Shown: positions 59,980 through 64,000 of the stretch, piece after piece
Position numbering within the stretch: position 1 is the stretch's first letter
Layout of the letters: each line of letters starts with the position of its first letter
Assembly: GCA_001771135.1 (NCBI GenBank)
Contig: MESW01000005.1
Span: forward strand, 17,467 to 81,466
Reading direction: 5' to 3'
Source of the DNA: a candidate division CPR3 bacterium GWF2_35_18
Lineage (GTDB): Bacteria > Patescibacteriota > CPR3 > GWF2-35-18
DNA length: 64,000 nt
The notes under the pieces: generated by a model
Told to the model about the DNA's origin: nothing
Seen by the model: the letters and a program-made list of their open reading frames with translations, nothing else
The model's database searches: none
Translations under genes and position numbers: made by a program

Positions 59980-60882
59980 TTATCTTTTGTATCTTGCTGC
60001 TTTTTTTAAATTTTTTAATAATTCACTACCCACTTCAAATCCAGTACCGATTAAACCTAAACTTGTCCCGATTTTTTCTGATTCTCCATGAAAATCAGAT
60101 CCTCCTGTTACTACCATATTTAAATCGTGTGCCACTTTTTGGTAATATAAAACACATTCTTTGGTGCGGGATTCATTTTCAACAAAGTAAATCGCCTCAA
60201 TACCCATTAACCCTTTTCTCTTAAATTTCTTTAAAAATTCCAAACTTGTATCGCTTGGAGGCAAATCATAACCGGGATGAGCAATAACGGACACTCCTCC
60301 CAACTTTTTAATATATGTAATCCCTTTTTCAAACTCTAACTTTTCTTTAGGAACATTTGCAACTTTTCCGGCCACCATATATCTACTTATATAGTCGGAA
60401 ATGCTGGGAATACTCCCAAAAACTTCTTTCAACCTTTTCTCGTTTTCCCTATTTTCAATTACAGCTCTAGCAACATGTGGTTTCCCGACATTACCTTTTG
60501 CGATGTTTTTCACTTTCTGAATGTCAATTGTATACCCTTCTTTTTGTAAGATTATGATAATCTTTAAAGCTCTTTCATCACGAACCGCACTAAAGTGATG
60601 TAATAAATCCAGAAACCATTTTGCTTTAATATCAATATAATAACCTAAAAGGTGCAATTCTTTTCCCTGATATAATGTTGACAACTCAACTCCTGGAACA
60701 ACCTCTATCCCAAGCTTTTCCCCTGCATCCATAGCTTCACTTATTCCCGAAATACTATCATGATCAGTAACGGCGATAGCTGATAAACCTAAATTAAATC
60801 CCTTAATCACAAGCTCCGAAGGGCTTAATGCGCCATCAGAAGCGTTCGTGTGACAATGTAAGTCAATCAGTTTCTTGTGCAT
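59980..60882 (-). CDS. PHP-domain metal-dependent phosphoesterase (TrpH/YciV/RNase AM-like), inserted between rpsG and fusA. I prefer the ATG start at M3 of the track ORF.
   Basis: IDLHCHTNASDGALSPSELV...AVTDHD is the PHP signature. The track ORF start at 60888 is a TTG. Confidence 0.75.
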   Translation of the reverse strand: MHKKLIDLHCHTNASDGALSPSELVIKGFNLGLSAIAVTDHDSISGISEAMDAGEKLGIEVVPGVELSTLYQGKELHLLGYYIDIKAKWFLDLLHHFSAVRDERALKIIIILQKEGYTIDIQKVKNIAKGNVGKPHVARAVIENRENEKRLKEVFGSIPSISDYISRYMVAGKVANVPKEKLEFEKGITYIKKLGGVSVIAHPGYDLPPSDTSLEFLKKFKRKGLMGIEAIYFVENESRTKECVLYYQKVAHDLNMVVTGGSDFHGESEKIGTSLGLIGTGFEVGSELLKNLKKAARYKR

Positions 60883-60884
60883 GA

Positions 60885-60938
60885 TCAAAAAACACGGGAA
60901 GTTTCCCGTGAATGAATCTCACACGGGCTAAGGCCCAT
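60885..60938 (-). promoter_or_regulatory. 17-codon upstream ORF (MGLSPCEIHSRETSRVF) with an AGGAAG SD. It spans alternative hairpins and a terminator-like stem plus U6, and ends 2 nt before the PHP ATG. This is a candidate leader-peptide attenuator or coupling element.
   Basis: On the minus strand the RNA reads GGGCcuuaGCCC, then the antiterminator candidate CCCGUG...CACGGG, then the terminator CACGGGAAACUUCCCGUG with UUUUUU. The uORF stop UGA is followed by UC and then the AUG. Confidence 0.4.
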
Positions 60939-61089
60939 GTTATCTTCCTACCTACCAACAAGTCTTTCAGAAAACTACTTGAAATACTGTGTTTAAAGTT
61001 ACAAACGGATTATTCTAAAGACTCTAAGCTGGTAGAAAGTTATCTTAAACCTGACTCATTTTCAAATGTGTAAAATGTTTTAATGAAGA

Positions 61090-61569
61090 TTACCACTTAA
61101 AAAACGCAAACGCTTTATTAGATTCTGCCATTTTATGCACGAGTTCTTTCTTTTTAATTGCTTCACCTTCATTTTTTGAAGCTGCAATAATTTCTACCGC
61201 TAATTTCTCGACCATTGTTTTGTACTCTTTGTTATCTTTTGATCTGGCAGCATCGACTATCCAACGAATAGAGAGAGAGTCACGACGATTTCCTTTAACT
61301 TCCATCGGAACCTGATAAGAAGCTCCCCCAACTCTTCGCGCTTTGACTTCAATTTTGGGATTTACATTTTTTAAAGCGTTATTAAAAACATCTAAAGGAT
61401 CTTTTTTCTCTTTCTCTTTAATAAAAGAGAAAGCATCATAGACGATTTTTTGCGCTACTGATTTTTTCCCAGACCACATAATTTTATTTATGAGTTTGGA
61501 AACCATTCGGCTTTTATAAACTAAATCTGGTTCGGTTAATTTTTTCTTGATTTTTCCTGATCTTGGCAT
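61090..61569 (-). CDS. rpsG: 30S ribosomal protein S7.
   Basis: [10 protein letters not shown]...; 159 aa. Confidence 0.9.
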   Translation of the reverse strand: MPRSGKIKKKLTEPDLVYKSRMVSKLINKIMWSGKKSVAQKIVYDAFSFIKEKEKKDPLDVFNNALKNVNPKIEVKARRVGGASYQVPMEVKGNRRDSLSIRWIVDAARSKDNKEYKTMVEKLAVEIIAASKNEGEAIKKKELVHKMAESNKAFAFFKW

Positions 61570-61594
61570 AATATTTAATATTAATTTTAGTTAT

Positions 61595-62020
61595 TTATTC
61601 GGCAGCTTTTACTACCTCTCTCTTTGCTCCATAGCGAGAACGACCTTTTTTCCTCTTTTTTACTCCTGAAGCGTCAAGTACTCCACGAACAATGTGGTAT
61701 TTTACTCCAGGAAGATCTCGTACTCTACCTCCACGAACAAGAACCACAGAATGTTCGGCAAGCTCATGTCCGATACCAGGAATATAAGCAGTTACTTCAA
61801 CCTGATTCGAAAGCTTTACTCTGGATACTTTTCGTAATGCTGAGTTTGGCTTTTTCGGAGTCATAATTTTAACCACTGTGCAAACACCTCTTTTAAAAGG
61901 ATTTGAGGCTGGTTTTACTCGTTTGCGCAAAGAATCATAATCTTTACGTAATGCGGTAGCTTTTACTTTTTTTATTGCTTTTTTACGACCTTTTCTAATT
62001 AGTTGTGATATCGTTGGCAT
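61595..62020 (-). CDS. rpsL: 30S ribosomal protein S12. I prefer the start at [14 protein letters not shown].
   Basis: Canonical S12 N-terminus at the internal Met. The track ORF adds 21 aa upstream. Confidence 0.9.
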   Translation of the reverse strand: MPTISQLIRKGRKKAIKKVKATALRKDYDSLRKRVKPASNPFKRGVCTVVKIMTPKKPNSALRKVSRVKLSNQVEVTAYIPGIGHELAEHSVVLVRGGRVRDLPGVKYHIVRGVLDASGVKKRKKGRSRYGAKREVVKAAE

Positions 62021-62067
62021 AGTTACCTTTTTAAAATCTAATCTAAAAGTTGATTTTGTGTTTGGTG

Positions 62068-62096
62068 ATTGTAACAAAGACATTCACCTATTGCAA
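62068..62096 (-). promoter_or_regulatory. Sigma70-like promoter of the str operon (rpsL-rpsG).
   Basis: On the minus strand, TTGCAA is followed by a 17-nt spacer and TACAAT. It lies about 50 nt upstream of the rpsL ATG. Confidence 0.5.
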
Positions 62097-62137
62097 GAAC
62101 CTTTACAATAAGACATTACACTATATGAATTTTGTCT

Positions 62138-64000
62138 TTAGTTCTCATTCAAAACTCTTTCACCGGTAGGAATCAATCTTCCGATGATAACATTCTCCTT
62201 AAGTCCTCGCAGATAATCAATCTTTCCTTTAGAAGCCGCGTCCGTTAGAACTTTTGTGGTTGTCTGGAAAGACGAAGCAGATAAGAATGATTCTGTATAT
62301 AATGCTGATCTGGTGATTCCCAAGATAAGCTGTTCCCCTTCAGCAATTTCACCTTTAAGGTCCTGAATCTTTTTATTCACTTCGTCTAAGGCAAATTGAG
62401 TAGTTACGTCTTGATAAATATAATCAGTATCTCCGACTTTGGTAATTCTTATCTTATCGAACATTTTTTTCACAATTACTTCAATATGCTTGTCGGCGAT
62501 CTTAATTCCTTGAGTTTGGTAAACAAGTTGAATTCCTTTAATTATATATTCGTACACCGCTTCAATTCCTCTAGTTGCCATAATATCTTGAAGATCAATA
62601 TGTCCTTCAGTAAGCTGTTGTCCTATTCTGACCTCATCGCCAGACTTTACCAAAATTTTACGATTAGCTTCAACAAGATATTCATCTTTAGCTTCAATCT
62701 CTTTAATCAATTTGATAGAATTTTTGGAAACTTCAACCACACCAATATATGGAGCTCTTACCGGTTTCTTTTTCCCATTTATAAAAATAGTCTCTGTTTC
62801 TGACATTAACTGACCATCTTTCACTTTGACTTCCTCATCTCCAATTAAATGGTATTCCTTTACGTCTTTTTTCTTACGTAGTAAAGTCAAAATTTTTTCC
62901 TCACCTTTTTCAATTAGAGTAACTCTACCATCTCCAAGAGCGATAGCGGCTTTATCTTTTGGTACTCGAGACTCAAAAAGCTCTTCAACTCTAGGTAATC
63001 CTTGAGTAATATCTGTCCCGGCAATTCCTCCCTTATGAAAAGTTCGAAGTGTCAGCTGTGTTCCTGGTTCTCCAATTGACTGAGCAGCAATGACTCCTAC
63101 AGTCGTCCCGATTTTCACATGGTTACCGGTTGCCAAATCTTTTCCGTAACACTTGCAACAAACACCCCAAGAAGTCTTACAATATAATACTGATCTCACT
63201 TTTAGTTTGCTAAATCCTAGTTTAAAGATTTCTAAAGCTTTCTTGATGGAAATTTCTTCATCTTTAGAACAGATAACATTTCCTTTTTTATCTTTAAGAT
63301 CCTCCACTAAAAATCTACCTTCTAAACGAGTCACAAAATCTTCCTCATTCGGTTCAAAGATTGTTAATCCTTCATCCGATCCACAATCTTCTTCTTTAGT
63401 AATAATATCGTGAGCAACATCAACTAGTCTACGAGTCAAATATCCTGCTTCAGCAGTCATCAAAGCTGTATCAATAAGACCTTTACGAGCGGCTCTATTT
63501 GAAATAAATCCGTCGAAAGTACTACAACCTTCAATAATATTTGTTTTAATAGGTGTCTCGATGATTCTCCCAAAGGAGTCTGTCATTACTCCACGCATTC
63601 CTGCAAGCTGTCGAACCGTATCTGGTGTCGCTCTAGAAGATTTTGAGGCGATTACCATATCCATCATTGAGTTTTTCTTAATCTCTTTCCAAGCTTTCTG
63701 GAAGACATCTTCCGTCACTTTTTCCCAAAGTTGAATAATTAGATTTCTTCTTTCTGCAGATGTCATTAATCCACGGCGGAAATCATTTTCAATTTCTTCT
63801 AATTCACCATCGGCTTTTTCAATCATTTGCTCACGTTCTTTTGGAGTTTGTAAATCAAAAATTGAGAAACTTGCTCCTGCAATTGTGGCATAATGACGTC
63901 CGAGATTTTTAATATCGTCGATAAATTTTACTGTTTCTTCTTTACCATGATTTAGAAAAGACTCAGAAAGTAAATCTTGTAAAACGCCTTTATCAACCGA
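62138..64000 (-). CDS. rpoC: DNA-directed RNA polymerase subunit beta prime, C-terminal portion. The 5' end lies beyond the window end.
   Basis: The ORF stays open through base 64000 (hand-translated ...SVDKGVLQDLLSESFLNHGKEETVKFIDDIKNLGRHYATIAGASFSIFDLQ...). The beta-prime C-terminal motifs are present. Confidence 0.9.
   Translation of the reverse strand, partial: SVDKGVLQDLLSESFLNHGKEETVKFIDDIKNLGRHYATIAGASFSIFDLQTPKEREQMIEKADGELEEIENDFRRGLMTSAERRNLIIQLWEKVTEDVFQKAWKEIKKNSMMDMVIASKSSRATPDTVRQLAGMRGVMTDSFGRIIETPIKTNIIEGCSTFDGFISNRAARKGLIDTALMTAEAGYLTRRLVDVAHDIITKEEDCGSDEGLTIFEPNEEDFVTRLEGRFLVEDLKDKKGNVICSKDEEISIKKALEIFKLGFSKLKVRSVLYCKTSWGVCCKCYGKDLATGNHVKIGTTVGVIAAQSIGEPGTQLTLRTFHKGGIAGTDITQGLPRVEELFESRVPKDKAAIALGDGRVTLIEKGEEKILTLLRKKKDVKEYHLIGDEEVKVKDGQLMSETETIFINGKKKPVRAPYIGVVEVSKNSIKLIKEIEAKDEYLVEANRKILVKSGDEVRIGQQLTEGHIDLQDIMATRGIEAVYEYIIKGIQLVYQTQGIKIADKHIEVIVKKMFDKIRITKVGDTDYIYQDVTTQFALDEVNKKIQDLKGEIAEGEQLILGITRSALYTESFLSASSFQTTTKVLTDAASKGKIDYLRGLKENVIIGRLIPTGERVLNEN

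Noticed and set aside
1-64000. CRISPR arrays, transposases or integrases.
   Set aside because: Scanning the intergenic regions showed no regularly spaced direct repeats and no IS or integrase-like ORFs.

Overview
This AT-rich window (roughly 30-35% GC by eye) has nearly all genes on the minus strand. The organisation matches a reduced-genome, CPR/Patescibacteria-like bacterium, for four reasons. First, the str-S10-spc-alpha ribosomal superoperon is complete, with no rpmD (L30) between rpsE and rplO. Second, several ribosomal proteins carry Lys-rich extensions. Third, the RNase P RNA is reduced to about 260 nt. Fourth, there is a giant 1281-aa gene. The content falls into five blocks. (i) 1..972 holds a RiPP-like locus: a 35-aa peptide sORF with a strong SD, a stem-loop, and a radical-SAM enzyme with an N-terminal RRE-like domain that is cut by the window edge. 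It is followed by an asparaginase-family gene and a wHTH-NTase / HEPN / MNT toxin-antitoxin-like trio. (ii) 3.5-23 kb carries housekeeping genes (comM, rnpB, miaA-miaB, dgkA, hup, ymdB-rny, recA-recX). It also carries a compositionally atypical two-gene module and a giant LCP-family protein with a long cytoplasmic N-terminal region. (iii) About 23.4-39.8 kb is an accessory island ending at tRNA-Pro(GGG). Its core is a type I R-M operon (hsdM-hsdS-hsdR, EcoEI-like R subunit) with three embedded genes. A 6-TM membrane-anchored HerA/DUF87-like ATPase is translationally coupled between hsdM and hsdS. A Fic-family gene sits between hsdS and hsdR. An atypical receiver domain, with Cys where the phospho-acceptor Asp should be, lies directly after hsdR. 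I judge this the most likely novel defence system in the window. (iv) 39.9-62 kb is the ribosomal protein / EF-G / EF-Tu / secY / rpoA block. A PHP (TrpH-like) gene is inserted between rpsG and fusA, preceded by an attenuator-like leader with a 17-codon uORF. (v) 62138..64000 is a partial rpoC. Recurrent inverted repeats (ATACTCAACT...AGTTGAGTAT) and several sigma70-like promoters, hairpins and terminators were found by eye. No CRISPR array or transposase was seen. No homology or structure tool could be run.
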